Of a stretch of 64,000 bases of DNA, positions 54,281 to 63,326 are shown piece after piece (within the stretch, counting starts at the first letter, position 1; every line of letters starts with the position of its first letter). The stretch covers positions 32,001 through 96,000 of the forward strand of contig CAVWCF010000002.1 of the NCBI GenBank assembly GCA_963753435.1. The letters run 5' to 3'. The position numbers and the translations under genes were made by a program. The DNA comes from an uncultured Actinomycetota bacterium (lineage in GTDB: Bacteria > Actinomycetota > Actinomycetes > CAVWCF01). The notes below the pieces were generated by a model. It was not told where the DNA came from and made no database searches. It saw only the letters and a program-made list of their open reading frames with translations.

Positions 54281-54308
54281 ACCAGGCTTTCAGGCCGACT
54301 CGTCCGTC
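54281..54308 (+). repeat. Direct-repeat copy of the rnpB 3' end (att-like)
   Basis: 25/28 identical to 53473-53500, including 16 exact bp CAGGCCGACTCGTCCG. Confidence 0.85.
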
Positions 54309-54338
54309 CATGCCAGCGCAGTGAGGGCCACCTGCGCT

Positions 54339-55952
54339 CTAGTAGGCGCCTCGGGCCTGGACTACAGCGTGAAACGTTCGCAGGATGATCCGCAAGTCCA
54401 GCAGCGGGGACCAGTTCTCGACGTAGTACAGGTCGAGGTGAAGGGACTGGCTCCAATCCAGGTCGGAGCGCCCACTAACCTGCCAGAGTCCGGTGATTCC
54501 TGGCTTGACGAGCAGTCTCCTAGTTGCATCCGAGTCATATGCCGAGACCTCTTGTGGGAGCGGGGGTCGTGGCCCGACCAGGGACATCTGACCTATCAGC
54601 ACGTTCCATAGCTGAGGGAGTTCGTCCAATGAGGTCCGTCGAAGGAAGGCGCCGACTCGGGTCACCCGAGGGTCGCTGATCAGTTTGAACAGTGGGCCTT
54701 CGTCGTGAAGGTTCCCTGGCGCGAGCAGGTCTAGTTGCTCCTCCGCGTCCTTCACCATTGAACGGATCTTCAGCATCGTGAACGGTCGGCTATCCCTGCC
54801 TATCCGAGTCTGTCGGAAGATCACTGGTCCGTGAGTCTCCAGCCGCACCGCGATACCGATTGCGACGATCAGTGGAAGCGTCAGCACAAGAGCTAGTGCA
54901 GCCAGGCCCCGGTCGAATATCGCTTTTCCCCACCTACGAACGCCGGTCAATTCGGGCTTGCGCACATGCAGTAGGGGGAGGCCGGCTACTACGTCTACTG
55001 CGAGCCTCGAATGGCTGACCTCGTCGACATTGGGGGCTACCACTATGTCGACGTCTGTGTCACCCAAAGAGCACACCAGCCGACGGACATCCGCCTGCGA
55101 CAGGTGCGACCAGGCCGCGATGGCCACGGTGTCCGCACCTGTGTTCGCCACTGCCTGAAGGGTGTCGGCTGAGGGACCGGCGACGGGGATGCCTTCAATG
55201 GTTTCATCGGTGTGCTTATCGACGACCACTCCCACGACGTGGTGCCCGTGGTCCTTGCGCTGCTGGAACCGACGAACAAATTCGGCCGCCGCTCGCTCTG
55301 TGCCCACGACGAGGACGCGGCGGGTAGCGACCGGCGAATCTGCGTTGCGGTGGATCCAGAGTCGGGTGGTCCGCCGCGCCAACACACTGATCAGGCCCGC
55401 CAGCACCAAAGCTGAGACGAGGAAGCGACCCAAATCAACCCATCCCAGGAGCAGGCTGACGACGCCCGTGGCTGCGATCGTCCACGTGGCGCTGCGGGCT
55501 ATTCGACGCATGGCCTCGGCGCTGGTCGGAGACAGCCACGATTCGTAGCAGCGGTTGACGCTCAGGGCGGTCACCCAGAGCAGCGAAACCCCGAGAGCAA
55601 GGACGGCCTCCTGCCACCGAACCGAGCCGCTGCCGGTAAGGACGAGTAGCGCCGTCGCGCCTGCCGCGGCGGCCGTCAGATCAAAGATGGCCAGTGCCTT
55701 GCGCCCGCGTGATCGCCGATGGCTGCCCGTGGGCAGAGGTTGCTTCTCACCCGGGCGATCAGATGTCAGCGATGCTTCCGCGGGTTGTCGCGGCGCCGAA
55801 CCCGAGCGGCGAAGCGTGGTTCCGCTGGGCCCGAGGGCCACTCTGGCAGCGATGGCGTGCTCCGGCGCATCCTCGCCTGCTGCCCTTTGCAGCGGGATTC
55901 TTGCCTCCGCGGGTATGCCCGCAGTTCCCGTGCCACGCGTGTCGGTTGACAT
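54339..55952 (-). CDS. Polyprenyl-phosphate glycosylphosphotransferase (WcaJ/CpsE-type priming transferase)
   Basis: KIRSM, DPRVTRVG.FLR.TSLDELPQ, SLVGPRP, KPGITGLWQ. Confidence 0.93.
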   Translation of the reverse strand: MSTDTRGTGTAGIPAEARIPLQRAAGEDAPEHAIAARVALGPSGTTLRRSGSAPRQPAEASLTSDRPGEKQPLPTGSHRRSRGRKALAIFDLTAAAAGATALLVLTGSGSVRWQEAVLALGVSLLWVTALSVNRCYESWLSPTSAEAMRRIARSATWTIAATGVVSLLLGWVDLGRFLVSALVLAGLISVLARRTTRLWIHRNADSPVATRRVLVVGTERAAAEFVRRFQQRKDHGHHVVGVVVDKHTDETIEGIPVAGPSADTLQAVANTGADTVAIAAWSHLSQADVRRLVCSLGDTDVDIVVAPNVDEVSHSRLAVDVVAGLPLLHVRKPELTGVRRWGKAIFDRGLAALALVLTLPLIVAIGIAVRLETHGPVIFRQTRIGRDSRPFTMLKIRSMVKDAEEQLDLLAPGNLHDEGPLFKLISDPRVTRVGAFLRRTSLDELPQLWNVLIGQMSLVGPRPPLPQEVSAYDSDATRRLLVKPGITGLWQVSGRSDLDWSQSLHLDLYYVENWSPLLDLRIILRTFHAVVQARGAY

Positions 55953-56124
55953 CCGGACCCCCGTCCAAGTGCGCCAATTCGTCCCATACCCGTATCGACG
56001 GATGGCTCGTTCTTACTGCATCCGGATCGCCCTTGTGGACGGTTTGCAGAAGATCGTCTGGTGGTAGCCGCGGGAATATCCGCAATCCCCTTCCCGCGGT
56101 GATCAGTGACCCTAGTGTGGTCCC

Positions 56125-57951
56125 ATGATGCGGCGACCTTCAGGGTCTGCTGCAGTCGGTCTGACTGTGGTCGGCCTGCTCTTGGTCGGTGGTTCTGGCC
56201 TGCCAGCGTTGGATGCGCAGCCGGCGGGAACCCCACCGTCGCTGCGAGTCGCCGTGGCCGCTGATCTGGGCCAGACGGCAGCCACGTCCAGCGTGCTCGA
56301 CATGATCGGGCAAGGTGACTTCGACATGGCCGTCGCCGCGGGCGACTTGTCCTACGGGGCGACAGGCGGCGAGCAGGACTGGTGTGACTTCGTCAAGGCC
56401 AGGACCGGTGAGGGCTTCCCCTTTGAGTTGCTGGCCGGTAACCACGAAAGCAACGGCCAGAACGGTCACATCAACGACTTCGGGTCCTGCCTTCCCAATC
56501 AGTTGCCCGGTGCCGTCGGGACGTACGGTCGGCAGTACTACGTCGATGTACCGCAGGTGCAGCCACTAGTGCGGTTCGTCATGATCGGGGCCAATCTCAC
56601 GTTCCCAGACGGTTGGTACGACTACCGCAAGGGCTCGCCGCGCTACGTATGGACCGCGGCAGCGATCGATGGGGCTCGTAGTGCTGGAATCCCGTGGGTT
56701 GTCCTTACGACGCACTACAACTGCCTCGGAATTGGCAACTACGACTGTCCGCTCGGCAGAGACATCGTCGACCTGGCAATGGACAAGCGGGTTGATCTGG
56801 TTCTGACCGGGCATGACCATCTCTACGGCCGCACACACATGTTGGGCACTGGCGCGGCATGCCCCACCGCAACCGAAGGTTATGACGCAGATTGCGTCTT
56901 GGACAGCGGAGCCGATGGTGTCTACGACACGGCTGATGGCACGATTCTGGCGACGGTTGGAACCGGCGGCCGGAGTGTCTATCCGGTCAACCCCTCTTCG
57001 CCCAATCTGTCGTACTACAAGGCATATAGCGGCATGGTGGGGGCGCCCGAGTACGGACTGCTGGACCTGACCATCGACGCAGACGGTCTGAACGGCCGAT
57101 TCAGGACCGTGACGGGCGCGGAGACGGACCAGTTCACGATCCGCGCAGAGCTCTCCGGCCCCACTGCTCCGCAGCCGCCTACGGACTTCACTGCGACGGT
57201 GATTAGCGGCCCCGCGGTGGATCTGTCGTGGGTGCACGCCGGCGCCGACGTAGCCGAGTTCGACTTGTTCCGTGACGGTGCCGCTCTGGCTACTGTGCCT
57301 GCAGATGCCCGCAACTACTCCGACGCAGCGGTCGCTGCCGGGTTCTCCTACGACTACCGCCTGGTTGCCAGGGGCGTCAACGGCCTTTCCTCAGATCCCG
57401 CGTTGGTATCGGCCTCCGTTCCTATTGCGGAGCAACTGGTCCTGGTGCCAGCCGAGTCCGAGTGGTCCTATCGCTTCACCAATCAATCCGCGCCACCCCC
57501 CGGTTGGGAGGATCCTGCTTTCGATGACTCAAGCTGGCCCTCTGGCTCCGCACCCTTGGGATTCGGCAGTTCCCATATCGCAACGAATGTCGACGTGGCA
57601 GGCACGGAGACCCGGCCGCTATCTGCGCAATTCCGAAGAGACTTCATGATCGCCGATCCCGGACTCCTACCGCCCGTGCAGGTGACAACGCACGCCAACG
57701 ATGGTGTCGTCGTCCTGGTCAACGGTGTGGAGGTGGGCAGAGGCAACCTGCCCTCCGGACCGATCTCGTGGACCACCTATGCGACGGCGGCGCCACCGAC
57801 GTCCTATGCAATCTCGCACTCGTTGACCTTCGCCGTCCCCCATTCGGTGTTGCGCGCCGGTGTCAACACCGTCAGTGTGCAGGCGCATCTGAACTATCGG
57901 CGAACCGCCTCAATAAGCATGGACCTGGAGATGCGCACAGTCACTAACTGA
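56125..57951 (+). CDS. Secreted purple-acid-phosphatase-like metallophosphoesterase with FN3-like and C-terminal beta domains
   Basis: Signal peptide; DLG, GDLSY, GNHE, GHDH motifs. Confidence 0.8.
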   Translation: MMRRPSGSAAVGLTVVGLLLVGGSGLPALDAQPAGTPPSLRVAVAADLGQTAATSSVLDMIGQGDFDMAVAAGDLSYGATGGEQDWCDFVKARTGEGFPFELLAGNHESNGQNGHINDFGSCLPNQLPGAVGTYGRQYYVDVPQVQPLVRFVMIGANLTFPDGWYDYRKGSPRYVWTAAAIDGARSAGIPWVVLTTHYNCLGIGNYDCPLGRDIVDLAMDKRVDLVLTGHDHLYGRTHMLGTGAACPTATEGYDADCVLDSGADGVYDTADGTILATVGTGGRSVYPVNPSSPNLSYYKAYSGMVGAPEYGLLDLTIDADGLNGRFRTVTGAETDQFTIRAELSGPTAPQPPTDFTATVISGPAVDLSWVHAGADVAEFDLFRDGAALATVPADARNYSDAAVAAGFSYDYRLVARGVNGLSSDPALVSASVPIAEQLVLVPAESEWSYRFTNQSAPPPGWEDPAFDDSSWPSGSAPLGFGSSHIATNVDVAGTETRPLSAQFRRDFMIADPGLLPPVQVTTHANDGVVVLVNGVEVGRGNLPSGPISWTTYATAAPPTSYAISHSLTFAVPHSVLRAGVNTVSVQAHLNYRRTASISMDLEMRTVTN

Positions 57952-58462
57952 TGCGGTCATCTCCTAGCCCGGAGGGGTTATGGCGTGCCAAGGCGTGGGG
58001 CGGGGCGGCCCGCCTCAGGTGGCTGCTTGACACGTGGTCGGTGTAGGGGACGTACTGGACGTCCACGCCCAGTTGCTGGAACCTGTCTTCGAGGTGGGTC
58101 CACTTCGACGATCCCCGCCAATCGTCCCCCTTGAACACGACGTCGAATCGCACCATTTCCCAGGTCGCGAGTTTGTCCGTAGTCGTCTCAAGGTGAACCT
58201 CATCGACGAACCTGATCGCTTGCACGATCATTATCCGCGCCCGTTCTGGCACCACGGGTCGTCGACCCTTCTGCCGTTCCGCAACCTCGTCGGAGACGAC
58301 TCCAGCAATCAAGTAGTCGCAGGCCAGTCGGGCCCTCCGCAGCATGTTGAGATGACCCATGTGGAACATGTCGAAAGCGCCCGGTGCGTAGCCGACGGCA
58401 CCACTCCTTGGCCGCCCCTCCGTTAAGCCGAGGCTGCTCGACGCCAACTCACCCACGTGCAT
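57944..58462 (-). CDS. TagD-like cytidylyltransferase
   Basis: GAFDMFHMGH, KGDDW, VSSS. Confidence 0.88.
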   Translation of the reverse strand: MHVGELASSSLGLTEGRPRSGAVGYAPGAFDMFHMGHLNMLRRARLACDYLIAGVVSDEVAERQKGRRPVVPERARIMIVQAIRFVDEVHLETTTDKLATWEMVRFDVVFKGDDWRGSSKWTHLEDRFQQLGVDVQYVPYTDHVSSSHLRRAAPPHALARHNPSGLGDDRIS

Positions 58463-58946
58463 CGACCTCTCGGATTGCCGAGCGATCTCTCGTCAGCAAT
58501 TCGCCTTGCTCATCAAGAGTCGCTGGTAGGTAGTCGACCTGGACGCCGACAGCCTGCATGTCTGCTGCGATCTTGCCCCACAGGTCCGAGGCGCGGAGGT
58601 TGTCGCCCACGAACAACTTGTCGAACCTCAGGAACTGCCAGGCCTCCTTCTTGTCGTGGGAGGTTTGCGGGACCACGTGGTCGACGTAGCGAACGCTTTG
58701 AATGATTTCCATCCGCTCGATGAAGGGGAAGACTGGCAACTCCCCGTGTACCGCCTGGGCGACCTCGTCTGTACTCACTCCCACGATGAGGTGGTCGCAT
58801 TCCTGACGTGCGCGCCGGAGGAGGTGGATATGGCCTTCGTGGAGGAGGTCGAAGACCCCGGCCGTGTACCCAACAACGGCTGGCCGAGGTTGCGATGGGG
58901 CAGGGCGACCGACTCGATGGGAGCCAACACCTTCTGGGTCCGTCAT
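58449..58946 (-). CDS. TagD-like cytidylyltransferase (divergent paralog)
   Basis: GVFDLLHEGH, GVSTDE, FVGD; no C-terminal SS/ST motif. Confidence 0.85.
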   Translation of the reverse strand: MTDPEGVGSHRVGRPAPSQPRPAVVGYTAGVFDLLHEGHIHLLRRARQECDHLIVGVSTDEVAQAVHGELPVFPFIERMEIIQSVRYVDHVVPQTSHDKKEAWQFLRFDKLFVGDNLRASDLWGKIAADMQAVGVQVDYLPATLDEQGELLTRDRSAIREVDARG

Positions 58947-59044
58947 CTTGATTATGCTCCCTAATCCAATACTGCGCGCCCGCTAAGATATGGGGTGAGT
59001 TTATTAGTTCGTGGCGGTAGCGACGCCGCGGAGGGGGACTGCCG

Positions 59045-59791
59045 ATGTCTACTGCTACTCCGGTCTCGGACGTTCTGAACGCGCTGCGGGAGCGTTGGTT
59101 CGTGATCCTCGTCGCCGCAATCATCGGCTTGGTAGTGGGCGCGATCGCGTATGTCGTATTAGATCAGGACTATGAGGCCACTGCCGTTTTCGCGGTTGAG
59201 CCAGTTGCGTCAACCCCGTTGACGGGTGACCCGGGCAACCTGAACATGGCAACAGAACTTGTGGTCGCTCAGTCCCAGCCCGTAGTGGAGCGCACGGCCG
59301 CAGAGCTAGGGGAGGTACCGCGGTCTGTTGATGCGGCTTTGGAGGTCACAGTCCCTCGCAATTCGAACGCGCTGGCCTTCACGTTCAGTGCGGATGAGCC
59401 AGCTGTGGCAGCAGAGGGTGCTAACGCCGCGGCCCGGGCGTACGGCGAGGAACGCGCCGGCCTCGTGGACTCGGTCTACTCAGAGGCTGAGTCCGACCTG
59501 GAGAAGAGCATCGTCGCGACTCAGGCTCAGCTGACCGAAGTAGAAGCTGGCAGCGCGCAGGAGTCGTTGCTGGAGGCGCAACTGGCTGGGCAGCAAGCGC
59601 GGCTGGCGGAGTTGACGGGAACGGACTTCTATCCGGGTACGCTGGTCAGCCCCGCAGTGCCGCCTTCAAGCGCTAGCGGACCTGGCCGGACATCCCTGCT
59701 GCTCGCCGGCTTGGCCTTGGGCCTGCTTATTGGGGCCTTTGTGGCTCTCGTCATGAGCCGAGGGGACGGCCAGCGGCGTTCGGACATCTAG
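59045..59791 (+). CDS. Wzz/CpsC-type polysaccharide chain-length determinant
   Basis: N- and C-terminal TM helices, YEATA motif, Pro-rich segment before TM2. Confidence 0.75.
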   Translation: MSTATPVSDVLNALRERWFVILVAAIIGLVVGAIAYVVLDQDYEATAVFAVEPVASTPLTGDPGNLNMATELVVAQSQPVVERTAAELGEVPRSVDAALEVTVPRNSNALAFTFSADEPAVAAEGANAAARAYGEERAGLVDSVYSEAESDLEKSIVATQAQLTEVEAGSAQESLLEAQLAGQQARLAELTGTDFYPGTLVSPAVPPSSASGPGRTSLLLAGLALGLLIGAFVALVMSRGDGQRRSDI

Positions 59792-59806
59792 TTCGTTGGC
59801 GCGGGC

Positions 59807-60724
59807 TCAGTTCTGGGCTTCCCAGATCTCGTCCACTAGAGACTTGGTTTCAAGGATGTGCGCCCGGGTCGAGGCCCCGAACACAACGGACTCAATTGCG
59901 GGGAATCCCGCGATCCACTCGAGCGCCTCGCGCGGGTGGATCGCCCCGGAGGCGAAGACCGACATAGCTATTGCGCGGAACTCCCGGTTCGCCAGCGCGT
60001 CTTCGTAGGCCGCGAAGCCCCCGGACATCCGGAAACCGATCTTGTTGATGTTCGAACACACCACTGGGTCTCGGACGTCCGCAGCGTCCAGGGCATCGAG
60101 CAGTGACGGCAGATTCATGGTGATGAACCCCGGCTCGGCGTCGTAGCGGCGTCGAACGTGTGAACTGAAGATGGCGAAGGCCTCGTGCGCTCCGAGTCCG
60201 AGCAATAGGTCCACGACGACGTTCTGCAGGAACACGACTGGAGTACGTAGTCCGTGGAACATCTTCATCTCAGCGTCTACCAGGAGGGTGACGAGCCCTT
60301 CGATGTCCTTGGCTGCGAGCGCCCGACCCCCCCGCATCGCAGCGTTGAGGAACCCCTCGTCCGGCAAGAATCGCCGAACAGCTTCCAACATGCCGTCCTC
60401 GGTCACAGCATTGGCGTACTTGTGGGCGTATGGCATGCAGGGTAGGAAGGTGAATCCTGTGTAGCGCGAACCGCCATCCCGGACCCGATTGCAGATATCG
60501 ACGATCCGATCGTGCGTTGTGCACATGAACGTCGGGATGCCCGCGTCGTAGGCGACATCGAGTACGTCCATGATGGCGTCATTGGTCTGAAAGCGGATGG
60601 CCTGCGCTCGGGCCTTCTCCTCGCTCATGTGGTTTACGCCGAAGAACTGGTTGTCACCGAAAAGCAGGCGGTCCAGCACAGGCCCGCGGGCCTCGGCGAG
60701 ATGTGGCTGCGATGCTCCGTTCAC
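59807..60724 (-). CDS. Hypothetical protein (possible aldo-keto-reductase-like fold) in polysaccharide cluster
   Basis: GDNQFFGVNH, PGFITMN, AMSVFASG, VFGAS; overlaps the upstream oxidoreductase stop. Confidence 0.75.
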   Translation of the reverse strand: MNGASQPHLAEARGPVLDRLLFGDNQFFGVNHMSEEKARAQAIRFQTNDAIMDVLDVAYDAGIPTFMCTTHDRIVDICNRVRDGGSRYTGFTFLPCMPYAHKYANAVTEDGMLEAVRRFLPDEGFLNAAMRGGRALAAKDIEGLVTLLVDAEMKMFHGLRTPVVFLQNVVVDLLLGLGAHEAFAIFSSHVRRRYDAEPGFITMNLPSLLDALDAADVRDPVVCSNINKIGFRMSGGFAAYEDALANREFRAIAMSVFASGAIHPREALEWIAGFPAIESVVFGASTRAHILETKSLVDEIWEAQN

Positions 60725-61866
60725 GCTCGTCGCCTCCAGCCCCAGCGGAATCGCCGGCGCTCGCTCGTCTTCATCCTGGGTTCTCCAGCGGCTGACAGTG
60801 CTGGTGACGGTGCTTTTCGTTCAGCGGCATCATCGATGATCATTGCGATCGCGCGATCGGTAGCCAATCCGCTTCTGAAGTCATTGACGGTAGGCAGTGT
60901 TGCCCCGGCGAGTGAAGCGGCCGCCGCCCGAATGAATGAGTCGATCTGGGCGCTGTACTCCTCACCCCGCAGGTAGAAGCCGACCGGCTTGGTGAGATCG
61001 GTGGTGTATCTGATGTTCCAGCCTTCGTGGTAGCCGGACGGGGCGGTGGCGTTTGACCGTAGGAACGTCCGACATTCCTGACGATCGGCCTCGATCTTGC
61101 CGTCGCGGCCCCACAGCGTGACCCGCGTCGTCATCTTCCGGTAGGACTCGTCCGACCAGTTGACCGACAGTTGAGCGCTCGTGCCTCCTTCGAAGTCGAT
61201 GCTGCAGTAGACCTCGTCCTCCGTCTCGGCGGAGTGGATGCGTCCGAGCGTGGCCCCCTCGACTCCAGTTGGCTCGCCGAAGTACCAGCAGGCAAGATCC
61301 AGCGGATGGGCGGCGTAGTCGTAGAGAGCACCGCCGCCTTCCTTCTTGCGCGAGCGCCAGGTGCTGCCTTTCGACCTCAACACGACCGGCCCATATGCCT
61401 CGACGAGGGCGTGGGAGACCGGGCCGATAGCCCCCGACTCCAGCAGTTTCTTGACTTCCTGGAAAGACCCAACGAACCTGTTGTGATAGCCCACTTGGCC
61501 GACGAGTCCGCGCGCCGCCGCTTCGGCGGTAAGGGCGGCTGACTGTTCAACGCTCAACGCAAGGGGCTTCTCGCAGAAGACATGGTGGCCAGCCTTGAGC
61601 GCAGTCATCGCAAGGTCGTAGTGAGTGCGTGTGGGAGTGGCGATGACCGCGGCGTCCGCGGCGACCGAATCGACCATGCGTCCGTAGTCTGAGTACGTCG
61701 GCAACCCGCTGTACTTGTTCAGTACGTCGAGTACGTACCGTGATGAGTCACAGACGCCGACGATCTCCACCTGTGGGTGGGCACGGAGGATGGCCAGGTG
61801 CGATAGCCCCATCTTCCCTACGCCTACGACTAGTACGCGGAGCCGCTGCTGTGTCCCGTCTGTCAA
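60721..61866 (-). CDS. Gfo/Idh/MocA family oxidoreductase
   Basis: GVGKMG, CEKP, GYHNRF, GGGALYDYAAH. Confidence 0.9.
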   Translation of the reverse strand: MTDGTQQRLRVLVVGVGKMGLSHLAILRAHPQVEIVGVCDSSRYVLDVLNKYSGLPTYSDYGRMVDSVAADAAVIATPTRTHYDLAMTALKAGHHVFCEKPLALSVEQSAALTAEAAARGLVGQVGYHNRFVGSFQEVKKLLESGAIGPVSHALVEAYGPVVLRSKGSTWRSRKKEGGGALYDYAAHPLDLACWYFGEPTGVEGATLGRIHSAETEDEVYCSIDFEGGTSAQLSVNWSDESYRKMTTRVTLWGRDGKIEADRQECRTFLRSNATAPSGYHEGWNIRYTTDLTKPVGFYLRGEEYSAQIDSFIRAAAASLAGATLPTVNDFRSGLATDRAIAMIIDDAAERKAPSPALSAAGEPRMKTSERRRFRWGWRRRA

Positions 61867-61870
61867 GGCG

Positions 61871-63214
61871 TCAGTTCTCCGAACTCGAAACGGCAGATGT
61901 CACGACGCGAACCTTGCCACCTTGATGGTCGATACGCGCAACGCGAACCACGTCCACCCGGACCTGGTCGTCGAAGAGCCCGGCCAGTCGAGCAACTGCT
62001 TGCTGGATGGCTCGATCGACGGCTTCCGATTCGGCCGTCGGCACACACACGAGGGTTATGGACATGTCCTGGTGCTGTTGGATCTGGAACTGACTGACTG
62101 CTGTTGGCATGTGGTTGAACAGGCCGGTTAGTCCGCCTGCCACAACTCGGCCCCCTGGACCGTGTAGCGCGTCCGATTGGCGACCCTCGATCGGCCCGAT
62201 TCGGGGGAGCCCCATGCCGCAGTCACAGAGCCCGTGAATCGGGGAGGTGAGGTCGCCCATTCGGTAGCGGATGATCGGCTGGACTCGGTTGGTGAGGTCG
62301 GTGACTGTTACCTCGCCGATCTCTCCATTTGCGACGCTACGGCCGTCCTCACCCAGGCACTCAACGACGCGGACGTCGGCCAGCACATGCAGACCCGATT
62401 GCTCGCGGCATTCCGCGGCCATCCACGTCACCTCGGCGCTTCGGTAGGAGTCGTACACCGGCGCCGCTAGTGCCGCCTCGATGGTGGCGCGGTGCGCCGT
62501 TGTCACGGGCGCGGCGGTGACTGCTATGGCCCGGGGCGGTTCAAGTCTCAAGCTGGTCTGTGCGGCAAATCGGGCGAATTCCAGGACTCCGCCCAAGTAC
62601 CCGGTGAGCAGTGCTGGTCGGACGCGGCTCCACTCATCGCAGAAGGCGCTCAGCGCATCCGGTGTCATGTTCCAGGCGTCCAGCTGCACTTGCTTTGTGG
62701 GCCACCATTGCAGGCGGTGCACGAAGTCGTCTCGTCGGGACCTGACTTGCCGGTAGATGACCGCGGAGTTCTCCGCGGGGGATACCCCCCACCAGCGATA
62801 GACCTGGCGCCACATTGCTGCAATAGGTGAGCGCCGATCGTGAAGGACCGTCAGGGGCTCCCCGGTACTGCCGCCGGTGGTGGAAGGGATGCCATGACTC
62901 GGGCGTGCCGCGGTGGAACGCATCTCATCGCCGTGGTGCCGGAGGTCTGTTTTCGAGACGCGGGGCAGTTGATCGAAGACGTCCGCGTGTCGCAGATCGC
63001 TCTCGGTGAAGCCGGCCGCGCTGTAGAGGTGGTTGTAGAAAGGCGTCGTGCGAAAGGCGTAGAGCGCCATGGCCATTGACTTGCGGCGCTGGAGACGTGC
63101 GATCTCGTCCGCTGAGGACACTTCCGAGTCCGCCAACTCAGCTGAGAGTCGAAGCACACCACGACCGGCGGCGGCCATCTTGGCCGCGTAGAGGCGCTCA
63201 GACAGGGTGCCCAT
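61871..63214 (-). CDS. Phenylacetate-CoA ligase family (CapK-like) adenylate-forming protein
   Basis: TTGGSTGEP, Y.SAE, TDL.N...PIIRYRMGD, IEGR. Confidence 0.85.
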   Translation of the reverse strand: MGTLSERLYAAKMAAAGRGVLRLSAELADSEVSSADEIARLQRRKSMAMALYAFRTTPFYNHLYSAAGFTESDLRHADVFDQLPRVSKTDLRHHGDEMRSTAARPSHGIPSTTGGSTGEPLTVLHDRRSPIAAMWRQVYRWWGVSPAENSAVIYRQVRSRRDDFVHRLQWWPTKQVQLDAWNMTPDALSAFCDEWSRVRPALLTGYLGGVLEFARFAAQTSLRLEPPRAIAVTAAPVTTAHRATIEAALAAPVYDSYRSAEVTWMAAECREQSGLHVLADVRVVECLGEDGRSVANGEIGEVTVTDLTNRVQPIIRYRMGDLTSPIHGLCDCGMGLPRIGPIEGRQSDALHGPGGRVVAGGLTGLFNHMPTAVSQFQIQQHQDMSITLVCVPTAESEAVDRAIQQAVARLAGLFDDQVRVDVVRVARIDHQGGKVRVVTSAVSSSEN

Positions 63215-63326
63215 TGCGTTCCCCCTCGAAATCGGCTGCGGGCGGCAGAGCGATCCGCCTGGGGCCGACTGCGCTCAGGTTATCTATCTTAGGTGGACCT
63301 GAGAACTGAGGGGAGCGCCTCCTGAA

